A stretch of 47,224 nucleotides of DNA, taken from the NCBI RefSeq assembly GCF_000315625.1, contig NW_005434469.1, positions 1-47,224 on the forward strand, in the 5' to 3' direction. The notes below the pieces were generated by a model that did not search any database, was not told where the DNA came from, and saw only the letters and a list, made by a program, of their open reading frames with translations. The DNA comes from Guillardia theta CCMP2712 (lineage: Eukaryota > Protista > Cryptophyta). The position numbers and the translations under genes are program-made. This document shows positions 1 through 12,100 of the stretch, in pieces; within the stretch, counting starts at the first letter, position 1, and every line of letters begins with the position of its first letter.

Positions 1-109
1 GATGATGGAGATGGAGATGATGATGATATCAGATGGAGATGAGGATGATGAGGATGAGGATGAGGATGAGGATGTGCTAGGAGATGATCGAACTGACGTG
101 TCTTGACAG

Positions 110-431
110 ACCTGCAGCGATGAACAAGATTGCAGCAAGAAACTCCTCGCGAAAGATGTGTGTGTTGCCGAGATCACATGTGCAAAGCAAGCAAAGAACT
201 TCCTCAAGGTCTGATCCTCCCCATCATCTCTTATCCCCTCTCCGCGTGTGTTGGTTTCAGTACCTAGCCGCTGCCTCCCTTTCTCCCTCTCTCGCCACCC
301 ACCGACCCCAACCCTACTTCAAACCCCTTCCCCTCCCTGCTCCCGCTCCTTCTCCAGCTCCAGCTCCCGCTCCCGCCGCTCCTGCTCCTTCTCCCGCTGC
401 TGCTCCTGCCTCCTGCTCCCGCTGCTCCTGT

Positions 432-476
<45 letters not shown>

Positions 477-698
477 CGCTCCCGCTCCGGCTCCGGCTCC
501 TGCTCCCGCTCCCGCTCCCGCTCCTCCTGCTCCTGCTCCTGCCTCCTGCTCCCGCTCCCTGTTGCTCTTTCTTGGTTGATTTTGGTGTCTCAACAGGCGC
601 TGGAGAAGGGTGATGAAAATGACATCGGGAAGAAGTACGAGGAGATGGTCAAGTGCACTATGGAATTCAAGGAGAAGGGGGAGAAACTCTTTGTTTGA
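110..698 (+). CDS. 3' part of a small Cys-containing hypothetical protein (last two exons 110-208 and 597-698; 5' end outside window)
   Basis: AG acceptor at 108-109, exon reads TCSDEQDCSKKLLAKDVCVAEITCAKQAKNFLK, GT donor at 209, (CTCCTG)n-rich intron, AG at 595-596, exon ALEKGDENDIGKKYEEMVKCTMEFKEKGEKLFV-stop. Confidence 0.6.
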
Positions 699-727
699 CT
701 GTAGTGAAAAGATTGAAAAGATTGTTT

Positions 728-2548
728 TCAAACTCTTGTCAATGTATCCAACATCTTGTACAGGGCAAAGTCATCGAAGTAATCAACTTCTTTCTCGTCC
801 GCCTCCTCCACGCCATCCCCAGCACCTCTCCTCAGCTCTTCGTCTGTGGCCGTCCTCCCTTGCCCTTCCTCCGCTCCTCGACAGGACAGAGACTCACTCA
901 GTCGCGTCTCGTCTACGATCATCTCGCTGATCCTGTGGTGCCGTTACAAATCACATCAAGTTCAAGACATCTGCTAACATCTTCGTGCTCGCATCCTGCG
1001 CTGTGAGGATTTCTTCAACATGTTCTGCCATGGGTTACTTACCACAAGCTCACCACTCATGTCACACTTACTCGTTATGTTGACAGCTCCAAGACGCGTC
1101 CTCCTACGGGGAGAGTCTACAGCGGCGCTGCGGGAAACGCGTCAGATCGCGCAAGGACTACTTCGAATCAACCTCCCGTTCTCGACGGCACTGGAGGCAG
1201 AGGAAGATAGCGATAGTGGTACATGTCGACATCCACCTGCGGTACTCGACCCTCCCTCCTCCCCCGCAACCAGCAGTCCCTCCTTCACTCTGATAATCTC
1301 CTCCCTTGCCCACCGGAGGTCCATCAAGACTTGATCCTCAACCATGTCACGACGGCCCTGCGCGCGCCTCCCTTCCTCCAGCAGCTCCAGCACACCTCGA
1401 ACGTCCTGCAGGCAGTGGGCGAGCTGCGATCGCAGGTACGAGATCTCCTGGAGGTACAGCTCGTTGAGCCTCTCTGCTGCTACCAACCTTGCTTCCAGTG
1501 CCTCCCGCTCCTCCACGCGCTCCCTCCCTTTCTCCTTGTCGCCAGCCTGTGTTGAGGAACTCGTTCAGTGACCACAGAGACAGGATCCACAACACGCACA
1601 AGAGAAGAGAGAATGGTCGTAGAAGCTGTCTGCTCCCGAAGATGCTGCGCACTCCTCTCTTGTAGTTCAAACTCTTCAGCCAACCCCCTCCTACTCTCCT
1701 CCAACTCCTTCAGTTCAGTCCGGAGGCTCCCTTCGATCCCCTTGACCGTCTCTCTAGTCTCCCCCTCTCCTCTCCCCCTCTCCTCTCCATCCCTCTCGTC
1801 GTCCGTCAGCTGATGAAGCCCCTTGTCCCTCGTCGCCATCCATTCCTCGATGCTCCTCCTCATCCCCAGTCCCTCCACCAACGCAGGCGATCGCTCTCGA
1901 CAGCGCAAGTTTGCATGTGAATGAGAAGAAAGAGAGTCCAACGTGTGGATCGAGGAGGACGGCGACATCATAGACATGCTGTGACAGAGATTCATCACCG
2001 TGCTGTTCACAATTGCCGCCTTGGCCCGTACAAGATCGACAGAGTAAACTCCAGCGTCATTGCAGAACTCCAACTTCACTTGCGACCCTTCTCTTCCGAT
2101 GATGAGCTTCACAACTTCGCCGATCTGCATGCCGGCGACCATGACGTCGTCAACTCTGACCAACATGTCTCCGATGCTGATCGCACCGCAGAGATCAGCT
2201 GGTGATCCAGGTGCTATCTCCTCCACAACCCACGTACATCCTCCGGCAGCCACTGCAGCGTGCCGCCATCACATCGCAGTCACAGCGAGGAGATGAAAGA
2301 AAACAAGAATGCAGATGGTTGGGTGTCAATGACATCAAGATGAAACAAGAAGTTGATATCATAGCAAAGGCCTCCTTCCACACATTCATACCTATTGAAG
2401 CTTCTAGAATCACGCCAAGGCCGGCCCAATCAGTGTCCGACCTCCCTTCCTGAGAATCGTATATGCTTCCAGTGCTAAGCATGTCATCAAAATTATCATA
2501 CATCGTCTTCCCGCTCTCAAATGATCCCGACTTGTTGCTGATTTCCAT
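728..2548 (-). CDS. PDZ-domain + coiled-coil protein (multi-exon)
   Basis: Spliced GLGVILEASI|VAAGGCTWVVEEIAPGSPADLCGAISIGDMLVRVDD...VVKLIIGREGSQVKLEF is a typical PDZ motif pattern, followed by coiled-coil exons (EEREALEARLVAAERLNELY...). Last exon ends ...LDTLTRV-stop at 728. Start codon uncertain. Confidence 0.75.
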
Positions 2549-3108
2549 GCAAAATCCTTGAAATCCCAATTCCTCTCGTTGTGGCAATTCTTGTTGAAAA
2601 CACGTAGTAGTGAGGAAGAGAAGACAAGAAAAAGATCAATGACTTGTCGGTTTTCTCATTAAGGCGAAAAAATTCATCATCACATCATCTTCAACATGCA
2701 AGCGCTTCGTCTGCCATGTTCGTCGCCCTTGGTGCCATGGCCGCTTGCTTGCGTATTCGGGCATCGGAGGGTACCGATGTAAAACTTGTCTTTTAAAAGA
2801 ACACAAATGATACCTCTTCATATACTGTTATTTTCAATTTAGACAATGAAATTTCAATAAATTCATCAACATCCACGAAATCTGACAAAGAAAAGCTCCC
2901 CTCAGTTCCGTGTCTGTAAAGGGGCCGGAAGTTTGAAAGTTCTCGCCGTCCAAAGTTTGAAAGTTTCACAACAAAAGTTTGTAACTTGCCTCGGTTTTGA
3001 AAGTTTGAATTCAGTTTTCCTCGAAAGTTCATCTTATTTCTCCAAAAGTTCCTTGTTTCGTGTCCGAAGATTCGAGACCTCTCAAAAGTTCTCAAACGCA
3101 CTCAGGAA

Positions 3109-4929
3109 ATGGCGGGAAAGAAGCGGATCGCGCAGGACACTTTCAATGCTGGTGAGGGAGAGGAAGAGGGAGGGGAGGGGGGGGGGGGAGCAGGAGGGGG
3201 AAGAACAGTGGGCCGCATGCAGGCAGAGAACAGAGACGTTGAGGGGCATGTCGAGCACAGGTAGGAGCAGATAGCAGATGGAAAGAATGAGCAGGGCTGT
3301 GAGATGGGTGGAGCAAGGAGACTTTGAAGGAGGACAAGACACGGTTGAGGAAGAAGACGACGAATCTTCTGATCGCAAACCCCTTCTCAGTGGTCAAAGA
3401 GAACATGGATGACTTCGGCATGTCCCGAGAGGAGGCCGTGGAAGATGCGATAAAACAGTTCGAAATGCAGGTGCAGGCCCCGACCCTCCTGTCCACTTTC
3501 CATGCCATGAACGTGCTTGCAGGGTGTCGATCTCAGTAACATAGCTACAACTCTGTCATGCGTCGACCAGGACGAGGTCCCGCTGGTCGTGCTGACCCGT
3601 GAATACACCGACAAAGTCAACAACACAGAGCAGCAGGGAGCACATGAAGTCTTGACCAAGGTGTTGAAGTTGCTGCGGTCCTCCTCGGACGCCAACGAGA
3701 GCAAGACCATTGCAGGGAACGCCGGGCTGCTGCAGTCGATCTTCACTGCGCTAGCTGCTGACGACCTGCTGGAGGACCAGGCCATGACCATGTTTGACTG
3801 CCTCGCGTTCCTGATCCAGGGGCACCCTACGAACCAGGAGAAGCTCAAGGAGCCTCGCGACATCGTGCATGGCTGGAAGTGCGAAGGGATGGATGCTGTC
3901 ATGGGGGCCATGCGGAGGATGCCAGGGCGAGCTGATGTCCAGCTGAAAGGCCTCAAGCTGTGCACTCTGGGGGCTCAAAAGTGTGAGCCTATCAAGGCAG
4001 CGATAGTGGACCGAGGAGGGCTCGAGATGCTCAAGGGTGCCCTGCAGGACCTGAGCGAGTCGGCAGCGCTCATGGCTGAGGTCGGCAGCTGCATCCATGC
4101 GCTCGCAACTGCCGACGACCTCACGTCAATTGCCTCCAAGGCTTTCGACACTGCCCGAGATGTTTACAAGCAGGAGATGCTCCCCCTCATCTACCAGGCG
4201 TTCCGTAAGCATCGGGAGGACGTGGAGGTCGTGCAGGAGCTCGTGTATGCTCTGAAGGCCGTCTCCATCCAGGAAGACATCGTCAAGAGCGTGCTTGAAG
4301 AGGGAGGGGTCGAACTCATCAAGGACGGCATGAGGCAGCACATGCAGCATGCTAACTTGGTGTCAAGGTGCTTGCTCTTCTTCGCGAATCTTGCGGAGAA
4401 TGACAAGGCCAAGACTGAGCTGTGCCAGGGAGACGCTCTGCCCCTCATGATCGAGGCTCTGCATCTCCATGCGAGGAACGCCTTCGCCGTACGCTGCGGG
4501 TTTGCTGCATTCGCCTCCATGGCCCTGAGGATGCCGGAGAACACGGAGAGGATCATCGAGCATGGCGGGGACAAGCTCCTTCTAGAGGGTATGCGGACTC
4601 ATCCCAAGTTTCCCGAGGTCAACCGATATGCCATGATCGCCATCAGGAACATCGTCGTGCGACGACCAGAGTTCGTCCCTCTCTTCCTTGAGGAGGGGGC
4701 AGAGGAGCTCATCAGACGCGCTCGCGACACCCATCTCAAGTGCGCAGATGCTGCTTTCGACTGCCTACGTGACTTGGGTTGTGAGTATGGCGGGCTGGGA
4801 GACAAGGCAGGGAAAGGAGCATACTCGCCCTACATGCATTGTGAATCTTCCTTAGACAAGAGAAACCAAGTTGGCCGAGGGAGCGCGATGGTCAGCTGGG
4901 GGGAGGAGGAGGAGGAGGAGGAGGCATGA
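3109..4929 (+). CDS. ARMC6: Armadillo repeat-containing protein 6-like (exons 3109-3151, 3391-3470, 3523-4929)
   Basis: Spliced N-terminus [48 protein letters not shown] matches the characteristic ARMC6 N-terminus; ARM repeats follow, ending AAFDCLRDLGC. Canonical GT-AG introns keep the frame. Confidence 0.9.
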
Positions 4930-4969
4930 GTGTACCATAGAGAGCCGCAAGAATAAAGACTTACCTGCA

Positions 4970-6663
4970 TCAGTCCGATCGTTCGTCTGACATTGGATCC
5001 TTGAGGGCCAGGATCTCAGAGGCTTCACCATCGTTGCACTTTCCCTTGCGCAGGAATTCCGCCAGATCGTCGATGACCTGTCAAGACGTTCAGACCAGAA
5101 CGAGTCGGCGCCGCGGTCCTCCCACCTCTTCGTTGTGGGGGTTACTCTTCAAGGCTCTCCTCCTGCGGGCACAGTCAGGAGGCGGCAGGTAACGGCATGT
5201 AACGATCATGCGCACAAGTAGATTTCGGCCTTCTCCAGGTCTCCGATGCCCTTCCACAAGAATCTGGAGGAGACTTGAGCGTCTGAGGGACGTGACCGGA
5301 ACCTCTTGAGTCACCTGCCGTATTCACATAGAGCCTCCGGGTCGTGCGGGCTGCTGTCTATCGCTCGCCTTGAAGCATAATCATGGGAACATACCGAGGG
5401 TCATCAATCTGACTCACAGGAAGAAAGATTCAGCTTCCTCCGTCTGGTTTTGGCCACTCAGAAAGCCTGCATGACGGCAACTATGAGCAGACTGGACAGT
5501 GATTGCAAGAGAACGTACTTCCATACGCGGAGAGGGTTTTGGGGCAATGGGGTCGTTTCTCACATGCCTGGCACATGCCGTGACTGGGCTCATCGTAGCA
5601 TCCGCGGCAGCCTCACCCTCTTATAGAAGACTTGAGCCTCATCGGTGTCTTTCATCCTGTGTGCAAGGAAGTCCGCGTAGTCGCAGAGAATCTCAGCGTC
5701 GCTCGGGTTTCCTTCAATAGCACGGAGATAGTATTGCTTCGCTCCCTGTAGGACACCATCATCCTTGCTCTCAGGCCCAGCCAGGCCGCGACCTCTAGAT
5801 CCAACTTCTCAGTCTCCAAGAAGTCGGCGTAGTTGGTGAGAGCGAGCGAGTCGAAGGGGTTGCTTTCAACTGCTCTCAGGTACAGCTCCTCACCCATAGT
5901 CAGGTTCCTACAGCAGGTCAGGGATGAGCAGCAAGCACGGCCATGCGTCATACCTCCTCTCTTCGCACATGAAGTTAGCTAGATCACACAGAGCCACTGG
6001 GTCTCGGGGATTGGAATTGACATTGTCCTGGAACGTCGACTCTGCCCTGTCTGTACGACATTGTTAGTCGCGCATCGTCCCTTGATCACGAGCTTTACCC
6101 AGATCTCCCAGCTCCTCCCAGAGGTAATATCCCAGCTCCCTCAGCGCGTCGACGTTGTGAGGGCTCCTCTCAACCTCGTCCAGCAAGTCCTGCTCCTCGT
6201 CTTCCTCCTCCTCGTCGTCACCATGACCGTAGGACTTGAAGCCCGGCTCCTTCGTTCCCAGCTTCTTGTCGTTCTCGGACTCGCTCCCCCTGTGCAGATG
6301 TCACAATCAACACAGTCGGTCGGAGCTTCCTGACGTGCTGTAACTCTCAGATCCGCCTCGAAGGACCACCACGTGCTGCAGGGGTTCCGCATGAGGGGCT
6401 CGCTGGAGCAGGGAGGGCGCTCTCCTGAGTCGAAGTTGCTTGCCTGCACTCGACTGCCTGTGTTTGGATAGTTCCACTCGAACCGCCCCTTCCTCAGGAC
6501 ACCCTCCCCGCAGCCTGTATGGCAAGCCGTGGCAAGATCCCAATGCAGAGTTCAGCGACTTGGATGTGGAAGAGGAGGAGGAGGAGAGGGAGGAGGAGGG
6601 GGCCATAGAAGTAGCTGTGGCGCTTGCCATCAGCACCATCACCGCCGCCATCAGCCGCATCAT
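4970..6663 (-). CDS. Signal-peptide-bearing TPR/HAT-like repeat protein (many short introns)
   Basis: Hydrophobic N-terminus MMRLMAAVMVLMASATA, Ser-rich linker, then repeats such as EELYLRAVESNPFDSLALTNYADFL, KQYYLRAIEGNPSDAEILCDYADFL, RAIDSSPHDPEALCEYGR; stop TGA at 4970-4972 on the minus strand. Confidence 0.8.
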
Positions 6664-6687
6664 CTGCGACCACTACCACGTTCTAAA

Positions 6688-6740
6688 ATTATTTTTCATA
6701 CTTCTCTGATTATTTTTCGAACTTCTCTGGTTATTTTTCA
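6688..6740. repeat. ~21-bp tandem repeat, ~2.5 copies, just upstream of the TPR gene
   Basis: attatttttcatacttctctg / attatttttcgaacttctctg / gttatttttc. Confidence 0.7.
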
Positions 6741-6894
6741 AATGTGCATTGAAATAATCAGACATTAGTTAGAATTAGGGGGCGCCGGGGCGGGCCGGGC
6801 AGTGCAGCCGCAGCCGCAAGTTCGGAAGTGTGTCACTGTTGATCATCATGATCCGATCACTGAGTGACTGACTGTTGAACCCTTCAACACAACT

Positions 6895-7350
6895 CACCAA
6901 GTGAACATGATGAGCTGCCTGACTTGTCGTTTTCACCGTCTACTCACCAAGAGCATGATGAGCTGCCTGACTTGTCGTTTTCACCGTCAACTTACTGAGT
7001 TAGCATGATGAGCTGCCTGACTTGTCGTGTCCGTCCAACTTACTAAGTGAACATGATGAGCTGCCTTACTTGTCGGCCCGGTTTTCATGGTCCAACCGTT
7101 ACTAAGTGAACATGATGAGCTGCCTTACTTGTCGTTTTCACCGTCCAACTTACTCAGTTAGCATGATGAGCTCCTTACTTGTCGTTTTCACCGTCCAACT
7201 TACTCAGTTAGCATGATGAGCTCCTTACTTGTCGTTTTCACCGTCAAACTTACTCAGTTAGCATGATGAGCTCCTTACTTGTCGTTTTCACCGTCAACTT
7301 ACTAAGTGAACATGATGAGCTGCCTGACTTGTCGTTTTCACCGTCAACTT
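6895..7350. repeat. ~50-bp minisatellite, 9 copies
   Basis: CATGATGAGCT(G)CCT(G/T)ACTTGTCGTTTTCACCGTC(C)AACTTACT.AGT.A. recurs, with CATGATGAG at ~6906, 6954, 7004, 7052, 7111, 7162, 7212, 7262, 7311. Confidence 0.95.
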
Positions 7351-7840
7351 GACAACGTTAGATTAAAGTGAAATAAGTTCAAGGCTTCGGAGCAACTTCG
7401 ATGTAACGGTTCGGAGTTCAGGAAAACCTGCTTTGTCAGGATTCAGCTATGATGCGATCATATTACAACCCGAAGCCCCACAACCGATCTATCTTAAAGA
7501 GCGAGTCTACCATCGCAAAAGCTCGCTCTTTCAAGACTCGCTCATTCGAGCTTTTGCGAATGATGCAACAGATTAGAAGATTTGGCATTAGGGGTGAGTG
7601 CGTGTGTTCAGAACTGAAATCGCAACCAAATAGAAACAAAGTTGAAGATTGCGCAACTCAACTTGTTTGTTCATCATGACTTTCAGAAAGCAGCCTGCCG
7701 AGTGCATGAGAACATGAATCGTGAAGCGACAGCAAATTTAGCGGAAATAAGAGGAAAGTTTACAAGTGTGTAATCCGTGAAACCCCAGTTCAAACTAATT
7801 GCACCTCCCTCAGCGCATGATAAGATGCGCTACAGCATTT

Positions 7841-8224
7841 TTAGTAGATGCCTCCGCCGACGTTGGAGAGCCATGGCTCGACTGAGCCGACGTCGACAGG
7901 GGTGGTGTTGTGCTTGAAGGGGGAGGGGCTGTCATCCAGGGAGTACCACTCGTTGTAGGAGACGTCATGTCCTCTGCAGCCGGGGTTCCACTCTGAGAGC
8001 TGTCCTGGCTTGGTCCAGCCTTGCTGACGGAGATACTTGTCATAGTCCTTGCAGACAGAGCGAGTAGTCTGGCCCGACAGTCCATAGCCCAACGAGTTTC
8101 CAGTCCACTGGTAGATGCCGGAGCCGCTGTTGTAGCCAGCAGCGTCGAAGGTGGGCTCTCCTGGCGGGTGGCCGCCGGCAAGCATGTGGTGGTGGGGGAT
8201 GATGATGGTGTGGATCAGCGGCAT
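7841..8224 (-). CDS. Intronless 127-aa Gly/Trp/Tyr-rich protein of unknown function (paralog A)
   Basis: MPLIHTIIIPHHHMLAGGHPPGEPTFDAAGYNSGSGIYQW...WLSNVGGGIY; same length and frame as the paralog at 32602-32985, which defines the ATG at 8224; strong C/G-ending codon bias. Confidence 0.85.
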   Translation of the reverse strand: MPLIHTIIIPHHHMLAGGHPPGEPTFDAAGYNSGSGIYQWTGNSLGYGLSGQTTRSVCKDYDKYLRQQGWTKPGQLSEWNPGCRGHDVSYNEWYSLDDSPSPFKHNTTPVDVGSVEPWLSNVGGGIY

Positions 8225-9147
8225 GGCGAGGCGGCGGAGACGAAGAGCCAGTGGACCCCACTCTTTCATATTTCGCGCTAGGGGAAAGGAGGGGTCCTCT
8301 ACCATTGGTCCCCCGGAGCATCGGACCCCTACCCTCAGCTTCTCTTTAGAAACGCAGGGTCCTCACAAGTTTACTGGGTGACGGTGGGGGATTACTACCC
8401 CTAGTCAACACCACACGGGCTAGGGGATTCTAGGGGTACTCCAGGCTACAGTGTACCAACAAGGATACGCCTACCCGACGGTAAATTTTTGATGACCCCA
8501 TTGTCGAATATAGGGATAAGGCGACTTCGTATGACCCAGTCCTAGGGGTATTTGCAGTTGGTCATAGCACCCTACACTCTATTATGTACACTCAGATATC
8601 AACCCACCCTTGAGAATGACAATTCCGAACCACCCCCTTACACGGGACTGAACTACCCCACTGAACACCAGAAGTACCCCTCAAATGACCTTGGAATACC
8701 CCCACTCTCGGGACTTGGAGGTTAATTTCCCGGTCCGAGTCAACGGCACCACCCTACCCACCAAATTCAACCTGCCAGGTTATATATAAATACGAATAAT
8801 ATGTATATTTAATGCGGTAGCAAATGAAATGTAGTACTCAAGATTCTACCCAAACAAGTGAGCTCTGACATATATATATACTCTGTCAGTACTGATTTTG
8901 TCTTATTAGTGTTGTAAGTTGTACATGTTGACAAAATTGCTCAGGTGTCACAGTTGCCGTGACTGCCACTTTTGAAAAATCGGACGGGCTCTGGGGCGCA
9001 CTCGGTTGTCGGTGGTATAGCTTGCAGGCACGGCGTTGACTGTGCAGTGGGGATGAGTTTGTTCTGGTATTAAACATTACTCATCGAGCTGCCCTTACCG
9101 TGGTACTACTGTGTGGAGAGTTGTGATTTCTGCCCCCAATTATACAT

Positions 9148-12100
9148 ATGAATAGCAATGAGGCGGGCTCGGCTTCAGGATCTTTGTGGAGCGAAGCATG
9201 GAGCGGTCGAAGACCAAGGAAGAGATCTACCAACGAGACCGAGGAGAAGAGGTCAGCAGAGGAAGAGAAGAGAGGACGCGAGGCGAGGACGAGAGGCGAG
9301 GACGAGAGACGAGGACGAGAGACGAGAGCACGAGACGCGAGCTCGAGAAGAGATGAGAGGATGATAGGAGATGAGCCTGAGGGGAGGAAGGGAGAGAAGA
9401 GGAGAGGAGAGGAGGATAAGATGTAACTAGACGGGAGGAGAGGAGGAGGAGATGAGAGCAGAAGAGCAGGAGGAAGTGAGAACATGACAGGACGACACGA
9501 TGAAAATAGGAAGGTGAGGAGGTGAGGAGGTGAGAAGACGAGGAACGATGAGAGAACTTGACAATGATGGATGAGGGGAGAGCAGGAGGGGAACGGAAAC
9601 GAGCGAGAGAGAGCGGAATGGGTGAGAAGAGGGAGGGGAACGGCAATAAAAAATCCGGAACAGATACAGGGAGGGAGAATGGAGGGAGGGAAGAAGACAG
9701 AGAGATTGAGAGGGAAACAAATAAAAGAGATGGGGATGTATGCATCAGTCAGGCAGATGATGGCGATGACGGCGACGTACACGAGGAGGAGTAGGAGGAC
9801 GATGAGGAGTAGGAGGAGCAGGGGCAGGAGGGGCAGGGGCAGGAGGAGCAGGGGCAGGAGGAGAAGGAGATGAATATGATGACGGTAATGTGAATGTGAT
9901 GGGGACGATGATGAATACAGCTTCATGTGGGGCATTGAAAGCAATGCGTACAACTGCAATGACACAAGAGCTGATTGCTTCGTAGATCTTCTTGGAAGTT
10001 CAAGATTTGTGCCGGTCTGCATTGATGAGCTATCATAAGGTGATATTATCTTCTCCTCACTCGTTCTGATTTTCAGGAAATGGTAGGACTGGGAAAAAGC
10101 TGTTAGCGAGCTGAAGCTTGCGGTGGAAAAGGTTTGGACTCTTGTTTGGCATGTGGTTGTCAACCTCTATCTTCCCCTTGCCTCTGTTTGACCTTTTTCT
10201 CTCCTTCCTGCATTCTCTCACGATTGACCACTTGCTCTCTCACTTCATCTTACTGTTCCCTCCCTCCCTTCCTTCCCTTCCCTCTCCTCCTCCTCCTCCT
10301 CCTCCTCCTCCTCCTCTCCTCCTCCTCCTCCTCCTCCTCCTCCTCCTCCTCCTCCTCCTCCTCCTCCTCCTCCNNNNNNNNNNNNNNNNNNNNNNNNNNN
10401 NNNNNNNNNNNNNNNNNNNNNNNNNNNNNNNNNNNNNNNNNNNNNNNNNNNNNNNNNNNNNNNNNNNNNNNNNNNNNNNNNNNNNNNNNNNNNNNNNNNN
10501 NNNNNNNNNNNNNNNNNNNNNNNNNNNNNNNNNNNNNNNNNNNNNNNNNNNNNNNNNNNNNNNNNNNNNNNNNNNNNNNNNNNNNNNNNNNNNNNNNNNN
10601 NNNNNNNNNNNNNNNNNNNNNNNNNNNNNNNNNNNNNNNNNNNNNNNNNNNNNNNNNNNNNNNNNNNNNNNNNNNNNNNNNNNNNNNNNNNNNNNCTCCC
10701 TCCCTCCCATCCTTGTCTCCCTCTCTCCCTCCCTTCCTCTCCTTTCCTTCGCCGCTTCTTGTTCGTCTGTTGACTCACGGCTCAAGGTCAAAAGAGTCCA
10801 AGATCACTTTGAGAAAGCAGGACTGGAGTCCTTGAAGCTGAACAAGATGACTGCCGGTACAACTCTCCGCCTCTCGTCGGAGAACAAACAGACTGTCTGT
10901 ACAGGAGGGAGAAGGATAAAAGCCCGCGATGTGCTGGAGAGCGATCTATACGAGGCCCTCGAGTTCTTGGTAAATTTCGTGGTGTTGATCGTGCTGCTGT
11001 GTGAACAGCAGCGTCGTGATGGCAGAACGAGCCGAAACTGCCTGATGTTGTCGTGTACGACTTTCTCGATCGATCTGCTCCAGTAAAACAACTTGAATTT
11101 CGGATCCTGAGCGAGGTGGATAAGGCAAACAAGAGGGCAGAGGGAGAGTCGAAGGTGTTTCAAACTTGTATTCTCTTCAACCAGAATGTCAGTTCTTTTG
11201 TCAGGTGTCTCTAGCGAGGAAATGTATCCAGCAAGGCATGAAAGATCAAGAAGTGCGTCGCTCCAGCATAGCGTCTGTTGGTTGAGCCTGTGGCAGGCAG
11301 GGATGTTTGCTTCAGCCAAACTCAACTTTGATCGAGCGCAAACAGTATTCGATTGATAACATCGCAGGTTGTAAGTGTTGATCCTTTTTTTTCAGAGCAT
11401 GAAAGAGGCAAAACAATTGTTCATCAGCGTCAACCAGCCGCCTGAGGAGCTGATGAGCCGCTGGAACGAATGCTGCGCTGACAGTGAAAGATTTCCCATG
11501 CTCACAACGGAGAAGCAGAGGGAGCTAGAACAAGCCTTGATAGACAGAGAGAAGGAGATGTTCTGGTCGCCGAGAGACTGGTGCTGCAGGGGAGGGAGGT
11601 AGAAGCGGCTTGCTGACTGCTGTCGTCGTTGCAGGGAGCTGGGGTTCGGTATCGACCATCCGACTCTTTTCTGTGTTGGGATGCTTGAGGTTTCAAGGGA
11701 ACTGTAGGAAGGGAGGGGACTGAGGTGAAGGATCAGGTGGGGATTGACCTACAGGAGCTGTGTTCGGAGATGAAGGAGAGTGGTATGGGATGGCCGCACA
11801 GCGAAGAAGGGATTCTACATGATGGGAGCGATTGTATGAACATGATCGAAACTCTCGAGGTACATCTCAACCCTGTACCGTGACTGTCCTGAAGGGATTG
11901 ACGTGTCTTGCGATTCTTGACATGACCTGCAGGGTGAACTTCAAGACGCTCTGAGATTTCAGGAGGAGGACATGGCGTTCAAGGTGAACAGAAAGCAAGG
12001 AAGAAAAATCCCTTCTGTATGTGAGAAAGAGAACTCCAGGCTCTGTCCATCTGCACAGTCGACGAGCTGAGGGAGGCGCAACGGTCATTGCTGGAGGAGG

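Noticed and set aside
84-731. ORFs with poly-SC, poly-L, poly-AG tracts (also 13000-14000, 15000-16300, 21500-22550, 26243-26666, 41842-42160)
   Set aside because: Translations of intronic microsatellites, open simply because the repeats lack stops.
6895-7350. CRISPR-like array
   Set aside because: Whole units repeat with no unique spacers, no cas genes, eukaryotic context.
8225-8305. 27-aa extension of the 154-aa ORF
   Set aside because: Paralog B begins at MPLIH; shared homology upstream covers only ~22 nt.
9081-10163. 360-aa hydrophobic minus-strand ORF resembling a membrane protein
   Set aside because: Antisense reading of purine-rich repeats; no domain signal.
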